64,000 nucleotides of DNA from Heptranchias perlo (lineage: Eukaryota), in assembly GCF_035084215.1 (NCBI RefSeq), contig NC_090363.1, positions 3,286,001 through 3,350,000 on the forward strand. Reading direction: 5' to 3'. A program made the translations under genes and the position numbers. Under the pieces are notes generated by a model. It saw nothing but the letters and a program-made list of their open reading frames with translations, had not been told where the DNA came from and did not search any database. The number at the start of each line of letters is the position of its first letter. Positions within the stretch are counted from its first letter, which is position 1. Positions 1 through 12,338 of the stretch are shown piece by piece.

Positions 1-937
1 CATGAAAATGTATTTGAAGAGATCCCCTCTCTTCACTCTCCATCTTCACTCTGGATATGTCAGGGTAATTTTGAGAGTTCATGCTGCTGGCTGAGAGCCT
101 CAAACATCAGCAGCACATATTAGGAAATAACAGGTGCACTGCCCACAATTTTCTATCCATTAATTGGAATGGTTGGCAAATCTAGGGATGCGTACATGCA
201 ATTTTCCAATGTGCATGGCTGCTGGGTGACCCTCCCAGCCAGCAGTGTAAACTCAGAAAACCAGCTCTTAAATGTGCAGAATTCATGGATTTCTTTGGGT
301 AAAAAGCAAGGCCATCCACACATCAGCCTCTGCCACTTCCGTCCTCTTTGCTCTCCTGATTCCTGCCCTCTTCCTGATTAAGTTCCCATCCACACTGCAT
401 TCGGCAATCTCTCCCACTCCACCCAACCCTCGTTACACTCAATTCATCTATCAGCTTCCTCAATCCCCTATGTTCCAGCTCTGAGCAGCCGAATTCCTCT
501 CCTCAGCCCCAACCTCACTGACAACCTATCTGTCTTCTCCAGTATTGTCCTTATCTCCTTCCAAATTACCATAATCATCCCTTCACAAAACATCCATCTT
601 CAACTCCTCCGTTTTCTTCAACTACCAACCTGTCTCCAAACTTTCCTTCCTTCCAAAGACCTGGATTGCATTATGCCTCGCAAATATGATCCCTTCTATC
701 CTATTACTCCCTGTTTGAGCCCCTCCAATCCAACTTCACCCACCCACAGCATTGAGACTCCACAAACCAAAGTCATAAACAACATCATGTGCAATTGTGA
801 CTATGGCTCACTTCTGCTCATCCTCCATGACCTGCTCTTAAGCTGCCTTTGACAGAATATCCTCTCCATCCTCCACCAACATCTGTCCACTGCAGTCCAT
901 CTCCATGGCACTGCTCTCTCCTGGTCCCACTCATACA

Positions 938-1329
938 TGTTATAAAATTGGATAGCCCGGTGGTGAAGGATAGAATACTCGAGCCTGGTCTTCAGTTGCT
1001 TCCAAGCCTTTATTCACAGAGATCAATATTACCCACACCACACCCTGGATCAGCTCTCTTATAAAATGGATACAAGAGAGTCCCCAATTGATACTCACCA
1101 CCTAGATCCAATTAATTGATAATCACATAGATACAATTAACAATACGTTTGCAACGTAGGCATCTTGAGATAAATTTTCCACTTCTGTGGAAATTAAGAT
1201 TAATGGACAGAATATCCTGGGCTTTCAGTGCACAATTTGATAATATACGCTCCTGGCATGCACTGGGAGTACGCAAGCAGAAAATATATTCTTGCATCTT
1301 CTCCAAAGATTTTTTCTTCTATATCTACA
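938..1329 (-). mobile_element. Possible solo LTR inserted in an old L2-like fragment
   Basis: About 390-bp segment bounded by TG...CA, with a minus-strand AATAAA near 1010. It interrupts L2-like sequence, and tacatg is present at both junctions. No clean TSD. Confidence 0.3.
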
Positions 1330-1719
1330 TGGTCACATCTGGTATATGCAGAGCTCCAACTTTGGTCCCTTCCTCTTCATTATTTATATGTTATTCATCA
1401 GTGACATCATCTGGAAGTATAAGGTTGGCTTCTACATGGACGCCAATGACATCCAGCCTTCCTTTCTTCACCTCTTCCATCAATCCCAGACGGTTGTTAT
1501 ATTATACAATTGTCCATCTAACAGTAAGATGTGGATGAGCTAAAATTTCCTCCAAAATTATGCCACCAAATCTGAAGCCATCATCTACGTACCTCTATCC
1601 TTGACTCCATCAACCTCCCCAGCTACCCCCTCAGGCTCAGGTTAGAGGTGCATAATCTTTGCATACAGCTTGAACTCAAGTTGAATTTCCGTCCCAACAT
1701 TCATTCTGTTTTCTCAAAT

Positions 1720-3680
1720 ATTTGATCTTGGGATTTGGGCAACGCTGGCAATGCTGCATTTATTGGCCATCCTTAGTTTCCCAAAGAAGCTGCTGATGGG
1801 TAATCTCCTTGAACCAGTGCAGCCCTTGTGCTGATGGTGCCCCCACCATGTTGTTAGATAGGGAATTCCAGGATATTGACCCTGCTAAAATGAAGGAACG
1901 TTGGTACATATCCAAGTCAAGATGATGTGTGAGTTGGAGGGAAACTTTGAGGTAATTGGTGTTCCTTTGAACTTGTTGCCCCTGACTTTCTTGGTGGTCG
2001 ATGTCATGGGGCTGGGAGGCGTTGCCAAAGTAAGCTTGGCACACTGCTGCAGTGCATCCTGTAGATAGTAATTATTGCAGTCACAGTGGACTGGTGATGG
2101 AGGAGGCGGATATTGAGTCCAGTGAAAGGGGTGCCAATCAAGTGGACTGTTCTGGATGGCGTCGCGCTTCTAGAGTTTTGTTGCAGCTGCACCCATCCAG
2201 GTGAGTGGTGAATATTTCATGGCACTCCTACCTTGAACTTGCAGATGGTGGAAAAGCTTTGAGAGGTCATGGGTTGAGCCTCCCTTTGCAGAGTATGTAG
2301 TTTCTGCCCTACTCTTGGAGCCATGTTGTTGATATGGCTGATCTAGTTAAGCTTCTGGTAAATGTTGACCCCCCCCTCCCCCCACAGGATGTTGACGGTC
2401 CTGTTGAAGGTCAGTGGGAGGTAGTTGCCATGTGTCAGCCCAAGTCTGGATGTTGTCCAGCTCCTGCCGTAGGCTGCAGGGGCTGTTTCATGGTTGGAGG
2501 AGTTGTGAATGGAGCTTAAGTGAAAAGGCCCCTCCTGACCATATAATGGATGGAAAGTCACTGATGAAACAGCTGACGATGGTTGGGCCAAAGATGCTGC
2601 CCTGAATTACTTTGGCAGTGCTGTCCTAAGACTAAGATGATTGGGCTCCAACAACCACAACTATCATCCTCTAGCCACTGTAGGGTTTCTCTATGATCCC
2701 CATTGACCTCAGTTTTGCTAGGGCTCCTTGCCAATCAAGTGCTGCCTTGATGTTGAGCACAGTTACTCTCCTCTTTCCTCTGCATTCAGCTCTTATATCC
2801 AGGCCTATATCAAAGCTGTGACACAGTCTGGACCTGACTGGTTCTGGTAGAACCCGAGCTGAGTAGGTCAAGCTTGATGACATTTTGATGACTCATCCAT
2901 TACTTTACTGATGATTGGGGACAGCTAAACATGATGATTATTAGCCAGATTAGATTTGTCCTGCTTTTTGTGGGTTCAGCATGCCTGGGCAATTTTTCAT
3001 ATTGTCTTTTAGATTCCAGTGTCATACTGCAAAATAGCTTGGCTGGGAGGGATGACTAGTTCTGGTGCACAAGTCTTCAGCACTACAGCTGGGATGTTGG
3101 CAGGGCTTACAAACTTTTGCTGTGTGCAGTGCATTCAAACATCTCTTAATGTCACATGGATTTGGCTGGATGCTGATATTTATGATAGTGGGGACCTTGG
3201 AAGAAGTTAGAGTAAGATCATCCATTCTGCACTATTGGCTGAAGATGCTTTCAAATACTTCAGCCTTGTCTCATGCACTCACCTGCTGGGTTCCGCCATT
3301 GTTGAGGATGCTCATGGAGTGTCCATCGCTTGATTGACTATCTCCAATATTAACCGGATATGACAGGACTACAGAGCTTTCTTCTGATCTGTTGGTTATG
3401 GGACTGCTTAGCTCTATCTACAGCTTGCTGCTTCTGGTGTTTAGTATGCAGGTGGCCCTGTGTTTTAGCTTGACAAAGATGGTGTCTCATTCTAAGATAT
3501 GCTGATGCCGTTCTTGGCACACCCGTCTACACTTCCTATTGAATCGGGGTTGGTCTTCCTACTTGATGGTGGAATGAGGGATATGTTGGGCCATGAGGTT
3601 ACAGAGTGTGATGATATACAAATCTACTGCTGATGGACCATAGTGCTTCATAGATGTTTGGTTTTGGATTGCTAGATCAA
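1720..3680 (-). mobile_element. Degenerate non-LTR retrotransposon 3' part (CR1/L2 superclade family with 3' end ...gggatgggcaataaatgctggccttgccagcg...)
   Basis: Broken RT-like peptides on the minus strand (VLNIKAALDWQGALAKL, IYRMHCSS). The same 3' end is seen at 30950-31560 and 34276-34560. Confidence 0.7.
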
Positions 3681-3696
3681 TATTTTTTACCATAAA

Positions 3697-3797
3697 TAAA
3701 AACAGAAGATACTGTAAATACTCAGCAGGTCGGGCAGCATCTGTGGAGAGAGGAAGGTAGACTTAACGTTCCAGGTCGATGATTTTTCATCAGAATC
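3697..3797 (-). mobile_element. Old Penelope-derived relic with degenerate hammerhead motif
   Basis: Minus strand reads ttCTGATGAaaaatcatcgacctGGAAcgttaa. Related relics at ~13375-13480, ~32865-33000 and ~35000-35140. Confidence 0.5.
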
Positions 3798-5296
3798 TTT
3801 TTGCTTTCTATTTTTATCATCTCTGTTGCATTCACCACCTATACTTCCACATCACCTCCACCTCCTGAAACCCGAATGTGCATTTTTATCAACTTGAGCC
3901 TTGCTTTCTCCAATCTTCACAAATTCAAATGTAGTGGCAGTTCTTTCATCCACCACACCCCTTCCCTTTGGAACTCTCTCCCCAAATCGGTCCACTCTGA
4001 CACTTTTCTCCCTACTTTTAAAAACCCTCCTGAAAGTTTTCCAGTTGGAACCCTGCTGCTCCCTATTTGCTGCCTCTCTGTAAAGTGCTTTCAGGCATCT
4101 TTGAGTCAGTCAGGAGTGCTATAGAGATGTAAGTGGTTGTTCTCCTAGTTGAGATTCTCGCTACAATACCTCCTGCTCCATTTGGTCTTTCAGCATTACT
4201 GTTGATTGACTTAATCTTGCCTCAGAACCTGTTCTTAAGCTTCCTATTGTAACATTGCTCTGCTGTGTTATATAATGTGATCTTGGCCTCTTTTATTTTC
4301 TTCTCTTTATTTGCATTTGTGGTTGGGATTTTACCCCCTCATGTTTTGTAGCTATTGCTATGTAATTCAAAAATGGCCTAGCCCCGAAAAATTGGTCAAA
4401 GCCAGCAGATCTCTTGCACCGCTGAAGATGTGCCAGGATTCAGCAAAAGCGAAAAATCCTGTCCCCGGTCATGTACAAAATGAAAGCCCAAGTAAGGTAT
4501 TGACCAGGAATAGACTGGAAAATCTACCATATATCCCCCTTCAGTTGGATTGGTACAGGTTATTTTTAATGCTCCTGGTCCAGGAAACTCAAAGCTAAAA
4601 CCAACAGTTATAAAAACTCATTTGCATTAGCAGGCAAATAAAAAAACAATTCGTCTGGTGTTTCGTGGGCTGGATCCGGCCAGCGGGCTGTGTATTGGGT
4701 ACCCGAGTTAGGCCTTGATCCCTTTTCATTAATATTGTTTAATATCCCAATTCCTGAGTCATTTTTGTTTCTTTTAAAAATTGGAACAGAACTAAAAGAA
4801 TTTCCAAAAGTTGTCATTTTCTGTTTCCCATTAGAATGATTTTACTATGTGATCAATTAGAAAATATGGTCAGTCCAGTAAAACACCAGGGCTCTCTCTT
4901 CAGTGACAGATAAACTAATGGCATTAAAATGTTGCCAATTTCACAGCTCTGGTTTTATGTTTTGTTTCTTCATCTGAAAATCAGGCAAAATCTGTCAGTC
5001 ACAGAAAATACCGACTGCCGGTTTCAAGAATCTGGACAAGCAAATATCAAAGAAAACAAATAATCAATTAAATAAATAACAATCAATAATAATAACAGAT
5101 GTTCAATCTCATCCTGACAGGTGTTAAAAATGCAGCAACCTGTTGTGTTGCTTCCAGTTTGGAGATTCTCAGAACAAAATTGGGAAAAAATAATCTCAGA
5201 AAGCAGAAATCCCAGGTCTCTCACTGTGTTTAGTGGTTTTATCTAATGTATAAATCCCAAGTGAATCTTTCACTAATTCTGCCCTTTTCTTCCCAG

Positions 5297-5820
5297 TCTC
5301 CGTAACCCTGGATACGGAAACAGCAAATCCATGGCTTGAGGTATCTAAGGATCTGAAGGATGTGAGATTGACCAGGACAGCGAGGAGTCTCCCTGACAAT
5401 GAGGAGAGGTTTACAGCCTGGCAGTCTGTGTTGGGATCAGAGGGATTCACATCGGGGAGTCACTACTGGGAGGTGGAGGTGGCGGGGCATCCGCACTGGA
5501 GTCTGGGAGTAGCCGCAGAGTCTGTGGAGAGGAAGACTGAGATCAAGCTGAGACCGGAGGATGGATTTTGGACCATCGGGCGGGCTGAAGATCAAATTCA
5601 GGCAAACGCAGACACTCTATCCGATCTCCCTGTTGGTGAGATTCCCAGTAAGATTGGAGTTTATCTCAGTTATGAGTCCAGGATAGTTACATTTTACAGT
5701 GTGAACACAAAGTCTCACCTCTACACTTTCATTGGGAAAAATTTCACAGAGAAACTTTATCCTTTCTTCTGTACGGCGCATTGTAACAAATGGCTGAGAA
5801 TCTGTCCAGTTCAGCATTAG
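5297..5820 (+). CDS. Terminal B30.2 (PRY-SPRY) exon of a TRIM- or butyrophilin-like gene
   Basis: Acceptor ttttcttcccag at 5296, phase 1. Reads (V)SVTLDTETANPWLEVSKD...RFTAWQSVLGSEGFTSGSHYWEVEV...WSLGVA...IGVYLSYE...LYPFF, with TAG at 5818-5820. AATAAA at 5923 and 6005. Confidence 0.92.
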
Positions 5821-8317
5821 TTCTGTAAAAGGTCTCTGGCCTCGAGGTTTCTCCAAAATACTTTCCAGTTTAACAGAGGAAACTTGTCAAATACGTAAAC
5901 ATTAAAGTTAATCTGCCTTCTTAATAAAAGATTATATAAAATATCTAAAGTGCTGCTGGGTGACAGTGACAATTATCGTGGGAGTTTGCTGGATCCTTCC
6001 CTTTAATAAAATATCTTCTGATTGTAAGAGCTTTAAATAATGTAAATTCAGTTCCCAGCAGTGCTCCGTGTTTGATATAAAATAAAAACTAGGAACAGAT
6101 TAAAGATCCCATATTTTAACAGTTACAGAGTGGGGAGTGGAGGTTTCACCCCGTATAAACCAGTGATAAGCCAGGAGAACCTCAGGCTCCAGTAAGTGAT
6201 GGATTTACCACTCATCTATTATCAAATTATAAAAGTGTCCCTGTAACCTGAGACTTCACCTTTGTACTTGGGTCTTCAATTAGTTTGCAGTCTGTTAATG
6301 TCACTTGTGTCCATCGGCGCAGATTCATTTGAGAGTCAGATCTGGGTCAGAGAAAGTGTGTCAGATTGTTGGCCACCATAATGGCGATGTAGCACTGTAC
6401 AAGAACGTTGGCGAGAGATTTTCCTTAAGGGTGGGATCATGATGGTAAGAGGGATGGAGTGGGACACTGGCATGGTAGTCCAACCACATAGTGACCCTGT
6501 CCCATTTTCTTGGGCCGTGGTCAACTCCCAGCAGTAGCTCCGCTCATCATTGGGACTATGCCAGTGCGGGAGAGGGAAATGTTGTGTTTCCATAGTGGGG
6601 CACCTGTTGCAGCAACTGAAATAGGTGTGGCCAGTTTTAAAAAGGACAGAAGTACGCGAAATGTTCCAGATCGATATTTTGAATTGGCATTCAGTGAGCC
6701 AGTTGGAAAAAAAAAGTAGCAGTCAGAAGATTTAGAAAAGGGAGAGGTGGCCATATGTTGTACCTTGTATCAGGAAACTCAAGCATGATGCCTGTTGCCA
6801 CCACAGTCCCCCTACCACTTCCTTCCTTCCTTTTGGCCTCCCCCCTCCATTGCCAGCAAAGAGATGGGAGGAAGGCAAGTGGCTGGACACCTAGTTATCG
6901 TCCTCTCACTATTTATTTACATGCAGCAGGGCAGGCGCGTAGCTGTCTGCCATCCGCAGCAGTGGGAGCAGAGAAAATGTTGGAGGCCAATTTTAGTGGA
7001 GAGTTGATGGGAGGCCTCCGCGTCCGATTTTCCTACACTCTCTGCCTCAGGACTATCGTTTTCAGGTGGGAATGTGGGGGAAAATCCTCCCTTCAGTTTT
7101 TATAACCACTACAAGGTTTATATAGCTGGGTTAATCGAGGTACATAAAGGTCACATAGGGTTCGTGGATATACATGAAGCGATTGTATAGATAACTCTGG
7201 AAGTACACATAGACTGTGTTTTTTGCATAGGGAGATGGGGAGGGACACATTGGGGGTGATTTTATACCCCAAGAACGGGTGGGTTGGGGATGGGTGGGAG
7301 TTGAAAATAGTTGTTCTTTGGGTCACAACCCGGCTTTATTTCCGGGTTTAACGTCGCTGCATAATGCAGGGTAAAAGTACAGGCTTCCCACTGGGAATGC
7401 AGTATGATTATAATAAGTGATTACATTTAAAATACAGGTGATAGTGTTACTGCCAATGAAAAGTATACACCTATTACATACATTTATTAAAACCCATCAG
7501 AAATCATTCCACAGTCGCAAATCAGAGACGTGATAGTGATGCAGGGAAAATGTGTTTGGAGCCCATCAATTTTTTCCCCAAATGACGAATCAGTGGATAA
7601 AAGGATGATGTGGTACTAAACCATTCAGATTAGGAATGTCCCAGGTTCAATGCCCAGTCTGTGCCTTATCGGAAGTCGTGTAACGCACTCCAATAACAAT
7701 CTGCATGATAGCTTAAATTAAAAACAAGCCATACATGTATCAGTATGATGTTGCATTGAAAATGTATTTCATATGGGTGAGATTAATTGTTTCAAGGTGT
7801 TTACTTAACTTTAAGGAAGAAATATGAATAGTTCAAGGTGAAGAGCAAAGTTCAGGTGTAAGATGTAGAAATGTTTAAGGTATCCTTGCCTTTGTTTATA
7901 CACGACTATAACGTATATTGCCCACTGTAAAATTCAGCTCTTACATGTTTTTGTATTAAATGCTTTACAAAACTAATTTCCAATGATCGTTTTTTGTAGC
8001 TAAACACAGTATTCATTGATTACAGACTTAAAATGGAGAGTCAAAGCTTTTACTTATTTTGAGTCAGTGTGAAATTGTCCTCTAAATCTGAGTACAAGAG
8101 CAAAGAATTATAACTAACTGGTGACATGGTAAAAGTTTCAACTAGCAACAATAACTAGTAGTATCGACATTGTTTTCATTCATTTTATGTCAAAAAAACA
8201 AATTTGACAAATGGGTCAAACATGGAGCACGTGCTTATCTCCTGTTTAAATGCTTACATGGAAAAATTGTAAACAATTTTACAACACCAAGTTATAGTCC
8301 AGCAATTTTATTTTAAA

Positions 8318-8356
8318 TTCACAAGCTTTCGGAGGCTTCCTCCTTCCTCAGGTGAA
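8318..8356 (-). ncRNA. Minimal type I hammerhead ribozyme in Penelope pLTR
   Basis: ttcac-CTGAGGA-a-ggagg(aag)cctcc-GAAA-gc-TT-gtgaa: conserved core, stem I, stem II and palindromic AAGCTT stem III. Confidence 0.85.
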
Positions 8357-8585
8357 CGTTGTTGGAAATGAAATCCTCGAAATGAAATCGCATTTATAAA
8401 TCACAGAACAATGCTTGGTGATTACAGACAGTTTTTTCAACTGCCCGTTGCCAAGGCAATCAGTGTGCAGACAGACAGGTGTTACCTGCAAGGTCTCCGA
8501 ATATACAAATCACCAAAAAAAAACAAACAAAAAAAAAGAGGTGGAGAGGTAGAAACATAGAAAAAACAACGACTGACCCGTTATA

Positions 8586-10208
8586 TTAAAAACAGATAAC
8601 ATTTGTTTGCTGGTGGGGTAACGTGTAGCGTGACATGAACCCAAGATCCCGGTTGAGGCCGTCCTCATGGGTGCGGAACTTGGCTATCAATTTCTGCTCG
8701 ACGATTTTGCGTTGTTGTGTGTCTCGAAGGCCGCCTTGGAGTACGCTTACCCGAAGGTCGGTGGCTGAATGTCCTTGACTGCTGAAGTGTTCCCCGACTG
8801 GGAGAGAACCCTCCTGTTTGGTGATTGTTGCGTGGTGTCCGTTCATCCGTTGTCGCAGCGTCTGCATGGTCTCGCCAATGTACCATGCTCTGGGGCATCC
8901 TTTCCTGCAACGTATGAGGTAGACAACGTTGGCCGAGTCACAGGAGTATGAACCATGCACCTGGTGGGTGGTGTCCTCTCGTGTGATGGTGGTATCTGTG
9001 TCGATGATCTGGCATGTCTTGCAGAGGTTACCGTGGCAGGGTTGTGTGGTGTCGTGGACGCTGTTCTCTTGAAAGCTAGGTAATTTGCTGCGAACGATGG
9101 TCTGTTTGAGGTTGGGTGGCTGTTTCAAGGCGAGTAGTGGAGGTGTGGGGATGGCCATAGCGAGGTGTTCGTCGTCATTGATGACATGTTGAAGGCTGCG
9201 GAGAACATGGCGTAGTTTCTCCGCTCCGGGGAAGTACTGGACGACAAAGGGTACTCTGTTGGTTGCGTCCCGTGTTAGTCTCCTGAGGAGGTCTACGCGA
9301 TTTTTCGCTGTGGCCCGTCGGAACTGTCGATCGATGAGTCGAGCGTCATATCCCGTTCTTACTAGGGCGTCTTTCAGCGTCTGTAGGTGTCCATCGCGTT
9401 CCTCCTCGTCTGAGCAGACCCTGTGTATTCGCAGGGCCTGTCCATAGGGGATGGCCTCTTTGACGTGGTTAGGGTGGAAGCTGGAAAAGTGGAGCATCGT
9501 GAGGTTGTCCGTGGGCTTGCGGTAGAGTGAGGTGCTGAGGTGCCCGTCTTTGATGGAGATTCGTGTGTCCAAGAAAGAAACTGATTCTGAGGAGTAGTCC
9601 ATGGTGAGCTTGATGGTGGGATGGAACTTGTTGATGTTATCGTGTAGTCTCTTTAGTGATTCCTCGCCGTGGGTCCATAGAAAGAAAATGTCGTCGATGT
9701 ATCTGGTGTATAGTGTTGGTTGGAGGTCCTGTGCAGTGAAGAAGTCCTGCTCGAACTTGTGCATGAAAATGTTGGCGTATTGGGGTGCGAATTTGGTCCC
9801 CATGGCTGTTCCGTGTGTTTGGGTAAAGAACTGGTTATCGAAGGTGAAGACATTGTGATCCAGGATGAAGCGGATGAGTTGTAGGATGGCGTCTGGAGAT
9901 TGGCTGCTGTTGGTGTTGAGTATTGATGCTGTCGCAGCGATGCCGTCATCGTGGGGGATACTGGTGTAGAGTGCCGAGACGTCCATCGTGGTGAGAAGTG
10001 TTCCTGGTTCAACTGGTCTGTGGGTGCTGAGCTTTTGTAGGAAGTCTGTAGTGTCGCGACAGAAGCTGGGGGTTCCCTGTACGATGCGTTTCAGGATGCC
10101 CTTGATGTATCCAGAAAGGTTCTCACACAGGGTTCCGTTGCCTGATACGATAGGACGTCCGGGTGTGTTGGCTTTGTGTATCTTTGGGAGGCAGTAGAAG
10201 TCTCCCAC
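8586..10208 (-). CDS. Penelope RT plus GIY-YIG endonuclease (intact C-terminal 540 aa)
   Basis: Penelope RT motifs FYCLPKIHK..PGRPIVS, DVSALYTSI, GTAMGT and YTRYIDDIF. GIY-YIG motif NVVYLIRC...WYIGET..LRQRMNGH, preceded by a Cys-rich linker (CHGNLCKTC). Confidence 0.93.
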   Translation of the reverse strand: MGDFYCLPKIHKANTPGRPIVSGNGTLCENLSGYIKGILKRIVQGTPSFCRDTTDFLQKLSTHRPVEPGTLLTTMDVSALYTSIPHDDGIAATASILNTNSSQSPDAILQLIRFILDHNVFTFDNQFFTQTHGTAMGTKFAPQYANIFMHKFEQDFFTAQDLQPTLYTRYIDDIFFLWTHGEESLKRLHDNINKFHPTIKLTMDYSSESVSFLDTRISIKDGHLSTSLYRKPTDNLTMLHFSSFHPNHVKEAIPYGQALRIHRVCSDEEERDGHLQTLKDALVRTGYDARLIDRQFRRATAKNRVDLLRRLTRDATNRVPFVVQYFPGAEKLRHVLRSLQHVINDDEHLAMAIPTPPLLALKQPPNLKQTIVRSKLPSFQENSVHDTTQPCHGNLCKTCQIIDTDTTITREDTTHQVHGSYSCDSANVVYLIRCRKGCPRAWYIGETMQTLRQRMNGHHATITKQEGSLPVGEHFSSQGHSATDLRVSVLQGGLRDTQQRKIVEQKLIAKFRTHEDGLNRDLGFMSRYTLPHQQTNVICF

Positions 10209-11406
10209 GCGGGGAGTACGTGGGATGAGAGTGGTCTGGATCGAAGGTCTTGATCAGTTTGTTGAGCTGGTGGGTGTGTTCTTTGGTTGTCCAGTTGTCG
10301 GTATGCTTCTTTGCAATAGTCCGTTCTGTTCTGTATGACGATGGCTCCTCCTTTGTCCGCTGGTTTGATGACTATGTTGCGGTTGGTCTTGAGAGCGTTG
10401 ATGGCATTGCATTGAGCTCGGGTGACATTCTGGACTGTCTTCTGAGTGCGGCTGATGAATCTGGCATTGACGCATTTCCTGACAGCTTGAGCATACATGT
10501 CCAGCTGAGGGCAGCGACCCTCCGGAGGAGTCCAGTGTGACTCTTTCCTCTTCGGTTGCTGTACCGCGGATCCCTCTGTCTGCTGTTCCAGATCGTTGAT
10601 TGTCTCTGGGTTCGCTGCTGTGATCTTGGGGTTTGTGGAAGTATTCCCGGAGCCTCATTCTCCTGATGAAATCCTCTGTTTCCGCCGCGAGACCAATGGG
10701 GTCCATTTTGGTAGTGGGGCAGAAATTGAGCCCTCGGCTGAGAACTTCGATTTCGTCTGGTTGAAGGGTGTGGTCGGACAAATTGACGATAGACTTCCCT
10801 GTGGTTGCAACCGTTTATACCAGGGGAAGCTTGGTCGATGCTGGTGGTGATGCCGAGTTTCTCAAGCTTCCTGGTCTTGGTTTTCATGTAGGCAGCGTAG
10901 TTCCGTTGCCTCGTCTGTTTGGCGGTGTCTCGTAGCTGGTCTGCTGTGTCCTGAGTACAGGTTGAGAGTATGGACTCTATCTTGGTTTCGAGGTTGCGGC
11001 GTTTGCTGTAGAGTTGGTGTACGAGATGGTTGCGGAGTGTGCGAGAGGTACGGCGGCAGAGTCTCTCAGCGTAATCCGAGTTGCATGTGGACTTGAGTGG
11101 GATCGTGATCTGTAGTCCTTTCGGGATCTTGTCTGCTTTCTTGCAGCTCTGTAAAAACTTGATGTCTGTGTCTATATGCGCGATCTTCTTGGATATCCTT
11201 TCCACTGTGAGCCGGCAGTTTGTGGTGTCAATGGTAGCCATGGAAAAAAGCAGTAACTCCTGTCCATAACTGCAAGTCTATTTTGGCACTATTCTAAGGG
11301 ACCCCCAGAAATATCTCACCCATTCTCTAAGACTTTGACCGGAAAGCAATGCAAAATTAAATGTTTTAGACAACTGCTTTGTGTGGTTTGGTTAGCAGTC
11401 ACTTAC

Positions 11407-11433
11407 CAAGCTTTGCATTCAATGCTTCATAAT
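11407..11433 (-). CDS. Butyrophilin-like gene A, 27-nt cytoplasmic exon (DYEALNAKL)
   Basis: ttttacttcag|...|gtaagt, phase 1-1. Short coiled-coil-type exon typical of butyrophilins. Confidence 0.75.
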
Positions 11434-11653
11434 CTGAAGTAAAACATATGATTTATTTCACCAACATCTGTGGTCAGTAAAACCCCTTCGAAAGCTTAAA
11501 AGTTTTACAAAACATCAAAAGTAGTCAAGAGGACACATGTTCTTAAGGCTGGGTTTTGCCATTGACCATGAATGAGAAACGCAGTGAAAGTTTCTGCTCT
11601 CTATCATTTTAAATATGGAGTGTTGTAGTTGATAAATATTAGATGTGACTTAC

Positions 11654-11680
11654 CAGTGACTGTAGGTCGCATATTCAGCC
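11654..11680 (-). CDS. Butyrophilin-like gene A, 27-nt cytoplasmic exon (GLNMRPTVT)
   Basis: ccttgtctttcag|...|gtaagt, phase 1-1. Confidence 0.75.
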
Positions 11681-12213
11681 CTGAAAGACAAGGCACACAT
11701 TTTATGATTGATAATGATTTATACAAGGCAGGATATGAAACTACTGCTGGGTATTTGTTAGTAAAGAGCTCTTACTTCATTGAGGGGTAGGCTTTGGAGC
11801 ACTAATCGTGCCAGACACGAGCACAAATCAGATCAAATGTCACCCACAATAGTATATAAAGTAAAGAATTCAAGAACATCTGTGGCAGCTCAGTGGTGAG
11901 TTACATGCTCTCAGACAGCGATATAATTGGGCTCGTTGCAGCTTGACTGGGAAGGGGGGCAATAACAGCGCAGGCTCTTGCTGCCGATTACTAGTCCTCT
12001 GACCTCCGCTGGAAAGTTATGGGTGTGCAGGCGTGGGGCGGGTGAGAGTAGGATCGGGTTTGCTGAACTGGCTGTTTAAATGCCATCATGTATGAAGAAA
12101 ATGAGGGGTTCCCTTTCTTCTTCATCCATTCCCTTTCAGCAGCACCTAATTTACAAAAAACTGTCTGCATTCAAATGCCAAGCTTGTCTGATGTTGGAAT
12201 AACTGCTCCTTAC

Positions 12214-12338
12214 CTTTTACTACTATCTCCTGGTCACGTTTCTTCCAATAGAAGAATAAAACTGCACCAATTGCTCCCAGGAGAACAAAATCATCCAGAA
12301 AGCCACAAGCCAGCCCGATACACTGGGGAAGAATTCAT
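12214..12338 (-). pseudogene. Butyrophilin-like gene A transmembrane exon with 1-nt frameshift
   Basis: cttcctgacag|AT GAA TTC TTC CCC...AAAG|gtaagg; 125 nt. Reads DEFFPSVSGWLVAFWMI, then LLGAIGAVLFFYWKKRDQEIVVK in a shifted frame. Confidence 0.8.

Larger units (their letters stand above)
8267..11241 (-). mobile_element. Near full-length Penelope-like element (RT + GIY-YIG) with pLTR
   Basis: 10-bp TSD catggaaaaa (8257-8266 and 11239-11248). The ORF starts at ATG 11241 and is broken by frameshifts/deletions around 10200-10800. The 3' pLTR matches copies at 15895-17081 and 24885-25030. Confidence 0.95.

Noticed and set aside
6336-6754. Minus-strand ORFs as a B30.2 terminal exon for gene A
   Set aside because: Apart from a chance YCWE, they lack the PRY/SPRY motifs (LDP.TA, YWEV, GVY/FLD).
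8665-10850. Alternate-frame and antisense ORFs over the Penelope element (and similarly over the CR1 copies)
   Set aside because: Shadow ORFs of the retroelement coding sequence.
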